The notes: generated from the sequence alone by a model not told the origin. 64,000 nucleotides of DNA from Octopus vulgaris (GCA_951406725.2 OX597816.1:65162001-65226000); one strand, 5' to 3'. Shown: positions 24,880 through 38,820, counted from the stretch's first letter. Program-made: numbers and translations.

Positions 24880-26670
24880 GAGACTGCCTGACTTCTTGGG
24901 AGATAGAATTAATCAAGCGTCAAGTTTAACATAAAGGTAACCGTCTGGAATTTTGGTGCCAGTTAAGGAATCCACCTATTTGAAAGTATTAGAACCACAA
25001 CTTCAAACTTCAGCGTACAGCGTACCTTCCTTCCAAAAGTCACGGGGGCAAAAACAATCAGAGGACGCTGCCCTTCTTCTAAGGTATTTACAATAAAATC
25101 TACTCTGGTTAGCTATTATATGGTTGTTCAGTAACTGCTAAGACAGCCCTGGAAAATTAGGACGATTCAACAATATATAACATGTAAAACAGATGAGAGA
25201 ACAGAATTTTTCTGGAAAATACTTTCTTCAAGTCCCGCTTTACCGTCTTGAAAGGACGGAGCACCATATATTTTGTAATCTTTGATAGATAATAGGTGAA
25301 TAAAAACCTGATGGTCATAGCTGAGTCATCCTTGATTATAGGTCTACTCAGCTCAATCTGATCTGAAACTCTGCAACAACAACAGCAAAAACAAATACAT
25401 AGATTGTCGAAAAGAAACGTGGACGAACAGACAGCTATTCTACATGTCTTTTTTTTGTACTTGGTATTATTGTTGTTTTCCACCCGTATATCAGTCTTGA
25501 TCGAGCAGACTTATAGACAAACACGTTCTAGTCATCGAAAATCCCATCATCACTCTGTATCTAAGACTACATCGTCCAACGAGTTCTGCTTGAAGATTAT
25601 AGGATACAAGACTAGCGACATTCGGCTGTTATTCCTATCCCATTGGATAACCCTGAAGATAGTTTCTTCGTGTAATGCAATGATGTAATCGCTCTTCCCA
25701 CGTCTGCTCAAATAAATTATAACAGTTTTTTATTTTGTTAGTAACTCTGCAGGTTACAAATTTTCAAGATTCTACAATACACATAGTGGCCATATATATC
25801 GTGGTGTACATAGCATCGGAATATGAGTAACATCGGTTCCAATGACTGTAGTTGTTATGATAACTACTGTAACTGAGATGCTTCGACCTGTAGATGGTTC
25901 CACTTTAATTTAGATATCGCATTTGTTGTGCTTATTGTTTTAATTTATTTAATTTATAACTCCGTGTCATTTCTGTTCGAGTAATCCGTGGTCTAAGACA
26001 TTTCAGCCCTAATGATGTCACTTTATTTTTTATTCAGACGTACTTCGACCTGGACAACATCATTCAATGAACCATCTTTTAAGGCGATTAAGAGTGGATC
26101 GAGTGAGTTGTGACAGCTACTTCTAGCAAGTTCAGCGACTACGTACGGGTTCAATCCGTAACTGGTTTCGAGAAATAAGCAACATTATTTATAAGGCAAC
26201 AAATTTGTGCAACATTTGTTTCTAATAAGAACAAGTATTTATAAAATTAAGTCACTTTTTTTTATTCAGTACTCTCTCTACTTCGTACAGCAGACGAATG
26301 AAAAACTCTACGCGGTCGATAAAATTATTAGAAATGGAGGCCAAATCGACTCCAGATCAAAGTTTGACTTCTTTAAAGAAACCCAATAGGCTGATACATT
26401 GAATAATGATTCCTATATTCTATACTAAAAACATACAGGATGTTCATGACTGAAGCCGCTCCTCTTTTTCTTTTAAAATAACAGTTAAACTTCTTTCAAA
26501 TTATGCCCTGCATTTTGCAAGTTATGTCTCAAGCAACACACGATGCACCTTTGGGCTTAAATCTACGCAATCAGAGTTGGCCCGGAATAAATCGGTAACA
26601 ACAATACCTGGTTTATTTTCCGGGACTACATTTTTTTTAACTATGTACCATTCATAGAAAGCGAACATTG

Positions 26671-26721
<51 letters not shown>

Positions 26722-26880
26722 AGAGAGAGACTATATTGCTGAGAGCTAGTTTTTCTGTTTCCTTTGAGAGCCATACAACAAGGGCTCGCATGACGACGCC
26801 TGTGACTTTCTAACGTTATTTTCAGCCTTAATACATCTATAATCATGCGAATAACACGTGCTCACCGAATACTTGTTGCT
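24880..26880 (-). pseudogene. iGluR-like copy 3: scattered ATD remnants
   Basis: PVTFGRKVRCTLKFEVVVL (cf. G.I.FD..G.R.NF.L.V..L) near 25000-25050; CVDLSPKVHRVLLE near 26530-26575. Confidence 0.35.
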
Positions 26881-27008
26881 GTTGTTGTTGTTGTTGTTGT
26901 TCTTCTTCTTCTTCTTCTTCTTCTTCTTCTTCTTCTTCTTCTTCTTCTTCTTCTTCTTCTTCTTCTTCTTCTTCTTCTTCTACTACTACTACTACTACTA
27001 CTTCTTGT
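26874..27008. repeat. (GTT)n(CTT)n(CTA)n compound trinucleotide repeat
   Basis: Directly visible. Confidence 0.95.
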
Positions 27009-27299
27009 TTCAGAAATAATGGAACGATTTAATAAGCACAATTATTCATAACCATCCCTATGTGTGTGTTTGTGTGCATGTGTGTGTGTATGTGTGGTGT
27101 TGTGTGTGTGTGTGAGTGTGTGTGTGTGTATGTGGGTGTGTGTGTGTGAGTGAATATTCTCGCTCTACATACATAAGTGCATACATATACATATACGTAA
27201 ATGGCAGCAATGTTTTCTACTCAATTCCTAAGAGTGAACACCACCCACCGCAGATTCATCGCGGAGCGATATAGGAACAGTAAAGTCGGATACATATTT

Positions 27300-28100
27300 A
27301 TTAATCAAAATCCTTCCCAGATTTAATTACATTCAAGATGTCTTGTATGGCACAACACGGTGATACACCATTTAATACAATATATCAGATTAAAAGGAGC
27401 GCTTTCTTATCCCCAAACACATGCAATCTAGAACTTCCAATTACTCACGTAACCAACACAATACTTGTCCTCTAATCTCCAACACATTTTATGTTGTTTG
27501 AACTCTATTGTCCAAATATCTGTTCAGTTCGATTACCATTTTGCATTATAGATGACATTGGTTGCCAACTAGTTATTACTTCCGTAAACACCTATTCGAT
27601 GTCTGCAGTGATGTTCTTCGCATCTCAAAAAACATTGTCCGCCTCGTCAACACTGTAACAATTCATTCCACTACCTACTCCTCTTCGGAATCGGCCAACA
27701 CTATGGACAAAATGCGTGCCGCCACCTGCGCGAACAAATACAAACCATGTTACTTGGTAACATCTCACCTTCAGCAATATGAATACTTACCTCCAGTTCT
27801 TCTAAGTATCGCCTCATTCTATGTCTGATCCACTGTGCTTTTCTTCGGTTTGTGATCTGGTTTGTTTATAATTATGTGCCTGTGTGTCGGCTTCTCGTAA
27901 ACTTCCATCCATTCCTCACATCACCTCTCACAATAGCCACATCTCTCTCCACCTCATAATACAAATAGCCTCATGTGAATTTCTTACTCGAATGACGACT
28001 CCCTCAGCCCTTCCACTATCAGGGCCCACTTTTTCTCACTACATTTCTCATTTACTTCAAGTAGCCCCTCGAGAACTTCCTGTCTCAATCTTTTAACACA
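27300..28100 (-). mobile_element. Possible very old LINE relic (endonuclease region)
   Basis: GPDSGRAEGVVIRVRN resembles the APE motif GRGGGVAxYVR; compositional shift; weak. Confidence 0.3.
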
Positions 28101-28879
28101 GTTCACATTTTTTCACTTCTGGCGGCCATTACTTGACCAATCTATCAGAGGGTCTATGTCAGAAGCGTCAGATTTTGCTCATAGCAACCCATCATATTTA
28201 AAGCTAAAAATTCTCTAGGATTTCATACCCGATAGCAACATAGCTGAATTTGGTTTCCTTATATATTCTGTTAGATAAATATATAACGAAATATAAAGAA
28301 TAACAAAGACAAAAAAAGAAAAAACACTAACAAACACAAGACATTTCGTCGAAAGGTTTTTTTTTTCCCCCATTTATTATGTCTGAATGGGTGGGTTAGA
28401 CCAATTAACCACTTTATTGATTAATTCAAGTTGATGATTGTTATTATTTCGTGTCTGTATCAAGTATTTCCGTTATTTCTCAAATCTTAAAAAAATTATT
28501 TGGCAATCAGTTTTGTTGTTTGTGAGACTATAAAAAAATTAAGACTGGAAATAATGTTGATACAATTTGCAGGATTCCTGTGATGTGACTCCCAAAAAGA
28601 AAAGGAAAATTCGCACTAGGCAATTTATTCTCTTTCTATCTCACTCTCTCACACTTCTGTCTCCCCCTCTTCTCTCTTTCTCTCTTCTCTCTCCCCCCTC
28701 TCTCTCTCTACTTCTTCTCTCACTTTCTTAATCTCTTTTACTCTTTAGTTATTTCTTTCCATTACTCACACTATTTGAATCTCTGCAACTCCTTTTACCC
28801 AGCTTCTTACATTTCATATTTACGCACATCTTTATTGCGTCAATTTTTATGATGAGTATTCCAGTTGTTCGATCAACCT

Positions 28880-30400
28880 AACTGCCTACTCATTGAAATA
28901 TAATGGCGTATTTATTTCCAGTCAGTTTTCTTTAATGCTGTCTACAGTAAATATGTTTACACTAAATATCTAACATATTAAATATAACATCAAATATATT
29001 GCATTAATTATGCTATACAAAGTCGGCTAGTTGAGAGAGTCGTGACAGCGTCGGATAGAATGCCTTACGGCATTCATTCCGATATATTTTTACATCCAGA
29101 GTTTAAATCTTGCTGTGTTAGCCTTTGCCTTTCATCCCTTTTGGAACAAGTAATTACATTAACGGTTATATAGCTCAATTCTTCTATTTTTCCATGAAAG
29201 AAAATGTGTTCGCTCAAACTTGGAAAGGAATAGCTTCACTCGTTTTCACTTGCCCAGTATATGCCGTATGTCACTACGATGCGTCTAAGACTCTAACAGA
29301 TGTTGGAGATGCACCAGCATATTTAAAGTATGACAATGAACATCTTTACATTGTTGTATATAGATAGATGTTTTCACTCGCAATTCCAAACATTTATCTT
29401 ATAAAATATTTATCTTATAAAATTTACAAATACATTTATCTATTTTTTCTTTTATTCTAAATTTAAAGCTTGTAGAAATTATCGCTGTCTAAATATACTG
29501 TTGAGTAGTGTATTTCGAAAAAGTAAACAATTTAAATACAGTTTTGAATAGTGATAATATAAACCAAATATTTTAAATCAAATAGCAATTGGAGAGAAAA
29601 AAATATTTTACAAATTTAATATATGTGTCGTTATCTTTTATAAGCATCTTTTGTGATATTTTTTTCTGTTTTTGAATGTGATTTTTTTCTTCAGAATATA
29701 TAACTTTGACTCATATTAATTTTTATTATCTCTAAACTGTAAATAATAAAATATGTCCGTTGTAAAATATAAATTCTAATTCACACCAGTAATGTGCATT
29801 AGAACAGGTATGATATATCTGTTTATGTTTTGTGAGGTTTTTTTCTTTGTTTGTTTTTTGTGTTTGTTTGTTTGTTTGTTTTTTAATAATTCTATTACCG
29901 CCGTGCTTTATAGAAAATATTGAAAAACTGAAAAATAATGCAATTTGTTTAGCTTGGTCTGAGAATTTCAATTGTGTGATGCCGAGAATGTGGTATATTA
30001 ATGATTTTCCCTCGTGAAATATTTTAGTCCTATATTTTATTTTCTCCACATCAAACCTTTTAATGACTGTTCAAATACATTCCCCCAAGAATAGATTGTT
30101 TCCATGAGTTTCTTAATATACATTCTGTCGATATACACAGAATTAGCTATATTGCTTTACAAAGTTTGGTTAATAGTTGTCTACAGTGTTTGAAGTGATT
30201 TAATACTTTTCACATATTGTCATTAATGTTTTATTATATTAAAATTATCAACACAATATCTCTCTTCACTTCTTTATAAATTCATATTAATAAAATACAA
30301 TTCTTATCACCTCATCAGAGACCTTCGCTATGAAACCCTAAGGATTATCAAACTTCTATTTTTAATCAGTCACCAACCTCGAAGGAAGCATGTATATACT
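28880..30400 (-). pseudogene. Decayed iGluR/IR-like gene, copy 4: S1-M1-M3-S2
   Basis: HILGITQLKFSDQAKQIALFFSFSIFS (cf. F..LGISIL...P....LFSFL.P.S); FSPIAI*FKIFG; SKYTTQ; SLSYFKYA; VKTSEAIPFQV*ANTFSFME (cf. VKT..EG..RV....YAF.ME). Confidence 0.55.
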
Positions 30401-30774
30401 CCGATATTCTTTTGAATTTTTTGTATGAGTGAGTTTTGATGAGTGTATTTACATATGGGTCTGTGCATGTGTATGTACATGCGTGTATAAGTGTGTATAT
30501 ATGTGTATGCGTGTGTAGGTGTGTGTGTGTATGGCTGCAATGTTTAAACAGAGCGTCATTGATAATATATATTGTAGACTAAATTTCGTTTTTCAACCAA
30601 TGATGAGGAAAATGTCTTTAGTTGAAGTTTAAGCTGAGATGAGCCCAAGTTGAACAAAGTCTTAATCAAAAGTAACCGTTTTTTCAATAACCTCAATATG
30701 ATTTGGTTTCGATTTTTAATAGGTTGAACGAATGCTCAGCGTCTCCTTTGATGACCCATCTGAACATATTTTAT

Positions 30775-31165
30775 CTTCTTTTACTTGTTTCAGTCATCTG
30801 ACTGAGGCCATTCTGGGACACCATATCGAAGGCTTTAGTCGAATAGAGCAACCTGAATACATACATTTTGTACTTGAGGTCTGGTAATTATTCTACTGGT
30901 CTCTTTTACCGAATCGCTACGTTACAGGGACGTAAACAAACTGACACCGGTTGTCAAGCGGGAGGTGGAGCTAACACAAAGACACACATTTCTGCATACA
31001 AACATATACACGGCAGTCTTCCACACAGTTTCCGTCTACCAAATTCACTGAAAAGGCGTTGATCGGTCTGGGGTGTGCAGTAGAAAACAATATACAGCAC
31101 AGTGTGGCTGAACCTGAAATCACGTGGTTGTATAACGAGCTTCTTAAACACGCAGCCATGCCTGC
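30775..31165 (-). mobile_element. SINE (18905 family)
   Basis: TTTTACTTGTTTCAGTCA tail through to CACGCAGCCATGCCTGC head. Confidence 0.85.
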
Positions 31166-31264
31166 ATTATTGACTCTTCCAGCAGATTTATTCATGTTAA
31201 GTGCTCCCTATACATACCCTATCCAGTGATATTTCATGCATGGTTGAGCTATTCGATCCATATG

Positions 31265-34200
31265 TAACATTTGGCAATGTTACAATTATTAATGGTCTGG
31301 TCTGCTACGCTAGGATATCTCAATAGATTAAGATCGCGTACAAACTGAACCAAGGTGATCGATTATCAATCAACTGAAAAGTGAACTGTTTTTCTCCTCT
31401 GACCCAGTGCCGCATCAGGCTGTGATCAAAATACTAACTCTTTAGAGTCATTTGCATTTTGCATTTAGTTTTTGCAGTGAATTGATAAAATCGTAAAGTA
31501 ACGCGCAAAATATATCTTGCTAATATTGAATCACGGCCCAATATGTTCTGAGTTCAAAATTCGGCAAAGTTAACTTGAAGTTGTATCTTTCAGGGGTTGA
31601 AACAAGGGTATCAGTCCCATAGTTCTATAATGTAATTTATTTTAGATGTAAATGGAATTAGTATAGAAATCAAAGTATAACTCTGATTGAATAGACATAT
31701 TCTGGCGCATATATCAATCAGTCGATAATTTGAGCGTTTGTCCTGTCCACGACCCTGTCTACATTTTAATTATTGGGGATGCCGTAACCTACCCATCTTT
31801 TTGAATATTTTGAATATCGCAGATTACAATGTCCAATATATCTTTAATTTTCCAAAAGTACAGTGTGATTTTAGTGAAATTTGGTTGTTATTTGTGGCAG
31901 GTCGGGCATTGTTTTTGTTGTTGTTGTTGTGATCAATATTATTCCTGTTGTCTGTGCTGAGATTGTTAAAGTTGCTGCTGCTGCTGTTCTTCTTGTTGTT
32001 GATAATGGCCTTCGGTCAATCCTGATTGAGAAGACCTAAGACACAGACAGTTAGTCGTGCAATCAATCAAATAACTAATATCCTATCCACAAAACAGTCA
32101 ACATTTTATCGATCTACTCATGTTCCCCACCTAACAATCACGTCTTGTCTTTCAGATGATGTTCATCGAAGATTACTACATACAATATATCGTTCCCTCT
32201 TTAGGAGGCCAATGTGTGATTCCAGAGAGATTTGGTTGCTATATTTAGCAATTCAAGTGACCACGTAGGGTGATATTACTTACAACTGTGAAACATTGGA
32301 AGAACTGTGAACATTGTTAACTGATCTTCGGTTTCTTCTTTACCCAGTAGGGAAAGTAATCGATGTTACAGCAGCTTCCTATCCAGGAGTAATTTATCTC
32401 TGATCTGCTCACCATGACAGACACCGTGATGTGTTCTAACCCCAGAGATCTCTACGATTCTATAAAGATTGAAGAAATTAGTCTAAATAAACGAAAATAT
32501 AGCAGAGAAGACCGTTGGAATTTTTAGGCCCAGTTCAGTACGGATGGAATGATTAAAGATATCCCAATTGAGATTTTCCAGAATGTTTGTATTTTTAGGG
32601 ATGCTCTACTCAGACTAGATAATACAATATGTCCTTCCTTTTTATCTCTTTATTGCCCACAAGGGGCTAAACATAGAGGGGACAAACAGGGACAGACAAA
32701 CGGATTAAGTCGATTACATCGACCCCAGTGCGTAACTGGTATTTAATTTATCGACCCCGAAAGGATGAAAGGCAAATCGACCTCGGCAGAATTTGAACTC
32801 AGAACATAGCGGCAGACGAAATACCTATTTATTTACTACCCACAAGGGGATAAACACAGAGAGGGCAAACAAGGACAGACACACGGATTAAGTCGATTTT
32901 ATCGACCCCAGTGCGTAACTGGTACTTATTTAATCGACGCCGAAAGGATGAAAGGCAAAGTCAACCTCGGCGGAATTTGAACTCGGAAAGTAGCGGCAGA
33001 CGAAATATGGCTACGCATTTCGCCCGGCGTGCTAACGTTTCTGCCAGCTCGCCGCCTTTTGTCCTTCCTTTTTGCTATACGGTTGAAGGTAACTGTAATT
33101 TTAAAGAATTTTGCCTGTTATTTCTATCTGGTCAAGTCCTCGTATTGATTCTTAAAGAAATGAGTAACTTACTTAAGTGATTATTGGAATTAGCATATAA
33201 ACATGCGTTAACCTGGTAGGAATGCTCCGAAAAAAATTAACCAAAGAATTTATCAGGAAGTTCACATGGGAGCAACTAAATCGAATTTTGTGCGATAGAT
33301 CAAGCCTTAAAAGTATAAAGATGTAATGTTCTTACCACATGAAGCCATTAGTAAATTTATTTTATGACGCAAACTGTAAGAATACACAGAGAATGAAGAT
33401 CGTATTGTCACCATTCTCCTACCTTGCATAATATTAAGATAGTGTGAGTATTTTACAGCTAATGGATGAGCCGTTACATGCTGAGGTAAAAAAAAATGTT
33501 CTAGTTCCTATGAGAAATTAGCAGCTAGCATGGAATAACATCAGTTTAATAAAGTGGTAGTAAAAAGAAAAATTTAAATACGTCTTTCAAACAGTAAAGA
33601 GATTAAGATTGATTGTATTTCAGGAGAATAGTTTTATATTCTCACAGGAAAAGAAAATTCTTTGCGAGGATCACTTTCCAGTACAAACTGTTGGATTTTA
33701 AGGATGTTATCTCGTATTTCAAATAGTATTAATTAGCTGTTAACTCAATAAATAAATAAATAAATAAATACAGCAAAAGTGAACTAAAGAACTACTCAAA
33801 TAAAGAACTCAGGAAAACGATGCATTTATCAAAGTAATAAATTTTGTGTTTCTAGCAAATACCAAATTTCGTTTTCATGCGATACATTCTTTGATTTTTG
33901 TCTCTGCTGTTGCCATTAACTCACAAGAAATAGCTTTTGTTATCAATAAAAATACAGAAAGCGATTTTATGTCACGTTTTTCTTTTTTTTTTTTCTCTCT
34001 TCTTAATTTAAATATTATCATGTTCTTATTTTCGTATTTTTTCATACCTGCTACATTTCAGAGACGCAATAAGATTAATAACTGTTTGCCTGCAAACAAA
34101 GTCGCAGGTATCTCAGTGGTTAAGTTCAATTCATAAATGTTCCTAATACACCACTCGACAAGGGATATAAAAACTAACGAGTAATCTGACAACAATAGAA

Positions 34201-34320
34201 ATGTTGCTTTGCAAACGAAGTCCATTGATATGTTTGTTCTGCGCTAAGTTATAGTCACTCCTCTGTCACGCACAGCACTAGAAATGCAGTGATGCAGTGA
34301 ATGGGAAATTGGTAACGTGC
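31265..34320 (-). pseudogene. iGluR-like copy 4: ATD remnants (interrupted by SINEs)
   Basis: QTRPLIIVTL at ~31304-31275 (S1 entry); TIFILC with a downstream GTAAGA donor near 33335; EQTYQWTSFA at ~34240-34210 (cf. EYYQWDKFA). Confidence 0.45.
32644..33057 (-). mobile_element. Dimeric SINE (GGCGGCGAGCTGG family) with ~14-bp TSD
   Basis: TSD TGTCCTTCCTTTTT at ~32630 and ~33060; same internal junction as 3531-3945. Confidence 0.92.
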
Positions 34321-34539
34321 AATCTATAATGATAGTTTTTAACGATCATGATCATAACACGTTTAGACACAGATATACATACACATAAATTCATATAGGG
34401 TCACATTCATAAACATACACACATTCAGATTTGTATTTTCAGAAATACACATACATTCGCGTTCTTATTGATAGCCATATATATACAACACTTATTTGTG
34501 CGTGTATACCTATGTATGTCTGTATAGTTGAAATTATAG

Positions 34540-34700
34540 AAAAACAAAACACGAAGACGGGTGTATGAACAACAAACATTAGTTTGACGCTCGGGAAAAA
34601 TAAAAGAAGTCTTTAACGTTTCGAGCCTACGCTCTTTAACGGAAAGGAATCAGAGAAAATAAACTGAGAGGAGATGAAACACTTGTAGATTTCAGCGGCC
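34540..34700 (-). mobile_element. Penelope-like terminal fragment with mutated hammerhead
   Basis: cttt-CCGTTAA-A-GAGC(gtag)GCTC-GAAA-CGTT-aaag; homologous to 7592-7790. Confidence 0.6.
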
Positions 34701-34760
34701 CGCCGAAAATGCTTTATCTCCTCTTTTTTTTAATATGTAAATTGACTAATTTGACATATA

Positions 34761-35400
34761 TTGGGTTGGCAAGAAAGTCATTTCGGTTTTTCAGTGTGAA
34801 ATAAATGTAATTTTTCTCATACAAAGAATGAACTTTAATCAATTATATATTTTCCATTTTCTTTGGTGACTTTTTGCCATCTTTCTGGCAACTTCATGCG
34901 CTCATAGAACTTCTGTTCCTTATCAACCATCATCATTATTGAAAGTTCTACCATTCAAAGAAGTTTGCAAACTTCAAAATAAATGGTAATCTGATGATAC
35001 AAGGTCAGGGCTACATGGTGGGTGTGACATCACTTCCCAATCGAGCTCCAATAATTTTTCACGAGTTAGCAAAACATGGATAGTCTAGCGTTGTCATGGT
35101 GGAACACAATTCCTTTACGATTTGAATATTCTGGCCGTTTTTCTTTTATTGCTTCCTCTAGTTTCATTAGTTGTTGACAGTAAACATTTGAATTGATTAT
35201 TTGGTTCCTTGGAAGCAGGTCAAAATACACAGCAACTTTGTAATTCCACCAAATTGACAGCATGAACTTTTTCTTCGCAATTCAGCTTTCGATGTGGTTT
35301 GTGCTGGTTCATTATGCGTGGACCATGATCGTTATTGTAGACAATCTATTTTTCATCACGAGTCATGATTCGTTTCATTGCGCTTGAGATGCATATCGCA
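34761..35400 (-). mobile_element. mariner transposon relic (3' part + TIR)
   Basis: TIR TTGGGTTGGCAAGAAAGTCATTTCGGTTTT after TA; MLSIWWN...VFHHDNAR; WEVMSHPPCSPDLVSSDYHLF. Confidence 0.92.
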
Positions 35401-35414
35401 AAATATTGAAATAT

Positions 35415-36620
35415 TGAAATATGCCTTCTCTAGGTCTATAAAGGACCAATACACCCCATCCCTTTTGCCAAAAACTTCTCACATATCTGCCTTACTATAA
35501 ATATTTGATCTGCACACCACCTTCCACTCGTAAATCCACACTAATACCAACTATACACAACTTATACCCCTAAAATCCCACACTCACATTTATCCCCTTT
35601 CCCCCTGTACAGTGGCACTATACAGGCACTGTACGAGTCCTCTGGTATTCTTCCATCCATATAACAAACATGCATAAGCCTCACTAACCATTCAGTGTCA
35701 CACACCCTTTCTTTAAGCATTCCACTGTACACCCATCTATACCTGGCGCCTTCCAGTTTGCCATCTTCCACAAGGATTCCCTCACCCACCTCTTTCAGTT
35801 CCACCGTAGCTCCATTCCCCAACAACAGGCATTCTCCTCTCTCCTCCTCAGCCACTATACTTGCCTCCCTAACATCCTCCACATTTAACAGCTCACTAAA
35901 ATACTCTGCCAATCTCCTTTCTACACCCTCACTTCTCTTCAACAACTTTCTGTTTACATCCTCCACCTTTCGGCCCTTCCTACCTTTCTTAACCTCTGTA
36001 CCTGTTTCCAAAACATCTTTTTGCTTCTTACAAAATTTTCACTCAACTTTTTCCGGAATCTTTCACTCGCCTCACATTTTGTCACCCTCACCACTTTCTT
36101 TACTCTCCTTTTCATTGTTCTCTAGCGATCATAAGCCTTTCTATCTCCTTTTTGCAACCACTCTCCAGAGGCCCTTTTCTTCTCTGCCACCGAACCCCTT
36201 ACCTGCTCATTCCACCATTCACTACCTTTCCTTACACCCATTGCAACCACTCGTGTACCACATACCTCAGAGGCACATCTCATTACTGCCTTTCTAAAAG
36301 CCTCCCACCCCTCCTCCATATCTCTTACCTCCCGTTTCTTCACCTATTCATATTCCCCTCCCAGTTTCTCGACAAACCCTTGCTCCTTCTCTCTCCTAAC
36401 CAGTTCACCAACTTTCACAACCTCTCTCCTCCTTATCACTAATGTAGCAATCCATGTGAGCACGCCTTCAACTTACCCTGTACTAGGAAGTGATCTGACG
36501 CTCCTTCATCTCTCAAGACATATACATCTAGCAACCTTCCTACCACTCTTTTATCAATTAATATATAATCCATCAAGGCCCTATCCACTACTGTTTCTCC
36601 CTCCACCCTCAACTACGTGA
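35415..36620 (-). mobile_element. RTE-clade LINE relic (end of APE endonuclease, linker, start of RT)
   Basis: LMDYILIDKR...SDHFLV; SEWWNEQVR; IPEDSYSACIVPLYRGKGDKCEC; CGFTSGRWCADQIFIVRQICEKFL. Confidence 0.88.
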
Positions 36621-36673
36621 AATTATATATGTATATACATATATATGTGTATGTATATACATACATGTATTAT

Positions 36674-36829
<156 letters not shown>

Positions 36830-37187
36830 AATCTACAGACGGAGAGTGAACATACTACTATCATGTTCTTAAGAATGAAATCAACTTCTCTGTCTATATA
36901 TCTACCTTCATTATAATGTTGGCAAATGAAATAGGAATAAACATGTGCATTGTCCGTTTAATTGGAAAATTCTATAAGTGGCTGAAGATTGCACGACATT
37001 TTAAAACTGATGTAATACAGTGTTTAATAAAATGAAGTAGCATGAGACAATTGTACTACTCTACCTTGGATATATTTGTTGCTTATTTTGATTATAATCA
37101 CCCCATTTGATTTATATGGATAATACCATACAAAATTCTGGTGCCTTTAACTTAAGTACCATATTCATCTGAATCCAAATTTTGCTG

Positions 37188-37237
<50 letters not shown>

Positions 37238-37506
37238 GGAACTCAAGCAGTAGTGAAATAACTATATATTAAAAGAGAATGATGAAATCGTTATATTAAA
37301 AGTGATGTAACCATGTGTTCTGTCATGATATTATCTTCATAAATTTTTTGTTATAAAGATTATGAAGAATACAAAGCAATTTCTTCTTCAATATATACAT
37401 TAATGTGTGGTGTGTGTGTGTGTGTGTGTGTGTGCGTGTATGTACATACACATATACGAATATACATGTACATACCATACTATATATTATATATATATAT
37501 ATACAG

Positions 37507-37537
<31 letters not shown>

Positions 37538-37538
37538 G

Positions 37539-37599
<61 letters not shown>

Positions 37600-37602
37600 A
37601 TT

Positions 37603-37642
<40 letters not shown>

Positions 37643-37645
<3 letters not shown>

Positions 37646-38330
37646 GAAAAATACAAACTGGGACAAGAACGTAAAACATTTAGAAGACGATACAAAAAAC
37701 ACAGACGGGACATTCGAAGCCTTCAATCTTCAGTCAAGAACCGGATCATCCTCGCAATTTCGGCTGATTAATCTTGAGATCGCTCCGATCCGGCCAGCCC
37801 CAAGGAAAAACTAAGCTACGAGCATTAGATTTCTTGGAAAAAAGGATCGAATGTATACGAAACAAGGACAGAAAAACGGACCATGCCACACGAATATAAA
37901 TACAAAAAGCAATAATAGTAATAACAGGACAAAACAGCGGGTGTCTTACGACTTTAGACAGTTCAACGAAGCTTAGCTGGCATATTTGGAAAAACATGCC
38001 TTGGCGGCAGACGAAAGAAACGATGTTGTCGTGGCGGTGGTCAGAAGCCGAAAGGCTAGTTGACCGGCGGTCAAGTGGAAGGAGAAGAGAGAGAAAAAAA
38101 AGGGGGCAAAGGAATCAAAGAGAGAGAGAAAAAGAGGGACAAAGGCACCGAAGGGGGGGGGAGAAGAGGGAGAAAGAAGGAATTAAAGAGGGGAGAAGAA
38201 AGAGAGCGTGCCAAGGATTGGCTTGGCGACAGAATTAGTGAGGTGCAAAGTGAGAAAGACAGAGAAATGTGAGAGAGTGGGGGAAGAGGAGACTAAAGAA
38301 TCAGAGGCAAGGAAAGAGAAAAGAAAGAGA

Positions 38331-38361
<31 letters not shown>

Positions 38362-38819
38362 GATCAAAGTGGAGTGCAAAGTGTGAAAGGCAGAGAAATG
38401 TAGGAAAGAGGGGGGGAGAGAGACAGTGTTATAGAGTCGTACCAATATTAAAGAAAAATGTACTTACATACAAGACCAAAAAGGGTACGGGCACCGTACA
38501 AAGAAGACGATACAAAAAACACGGACGGGACATTCGAAGCCTTCAATCTTCAGTCAAGAACCGGATCATCCTCGCAATTTCGGCTGATTAATCTTGAGAT
38601 CGCTCCGATCCGACCAGCCCCAAGGAAAAACTAAGCTACGAGCATTAGATTTCTTAGAAAAAAGGATCGAATGTATACGAAACAAGGACAGAAAAACGGA
38701 CCATGCCACACGAATATAAATACAAAAAACAATAATAGTAATAACAGCACAGAAACAGCGGGTGTCTTACGATTTTAGACAGTTCAACGAAGCTTAACTG
38801 GCGTATTTGGAAAAAATGG

Positions 38820-38820
<1 letters not shown>
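37643..38820. mobile_element. Non-coding element with two ~313-bp direct repeats around a purine-rich spacer, in (TA)n (Penelope-like pLTR or retrozyme-like)
   Basis: 37682-37994 and 38502-38815 differ at about 10 positions; no TG..CA ends, PBS or credible ORF. Confidence 0.75.

Noticed and set aside
37682-38815. LTR retrotransposon/TRIM
   Set aside because: No TG...CA termini, PBS or 4-6-bp TSD were seen.
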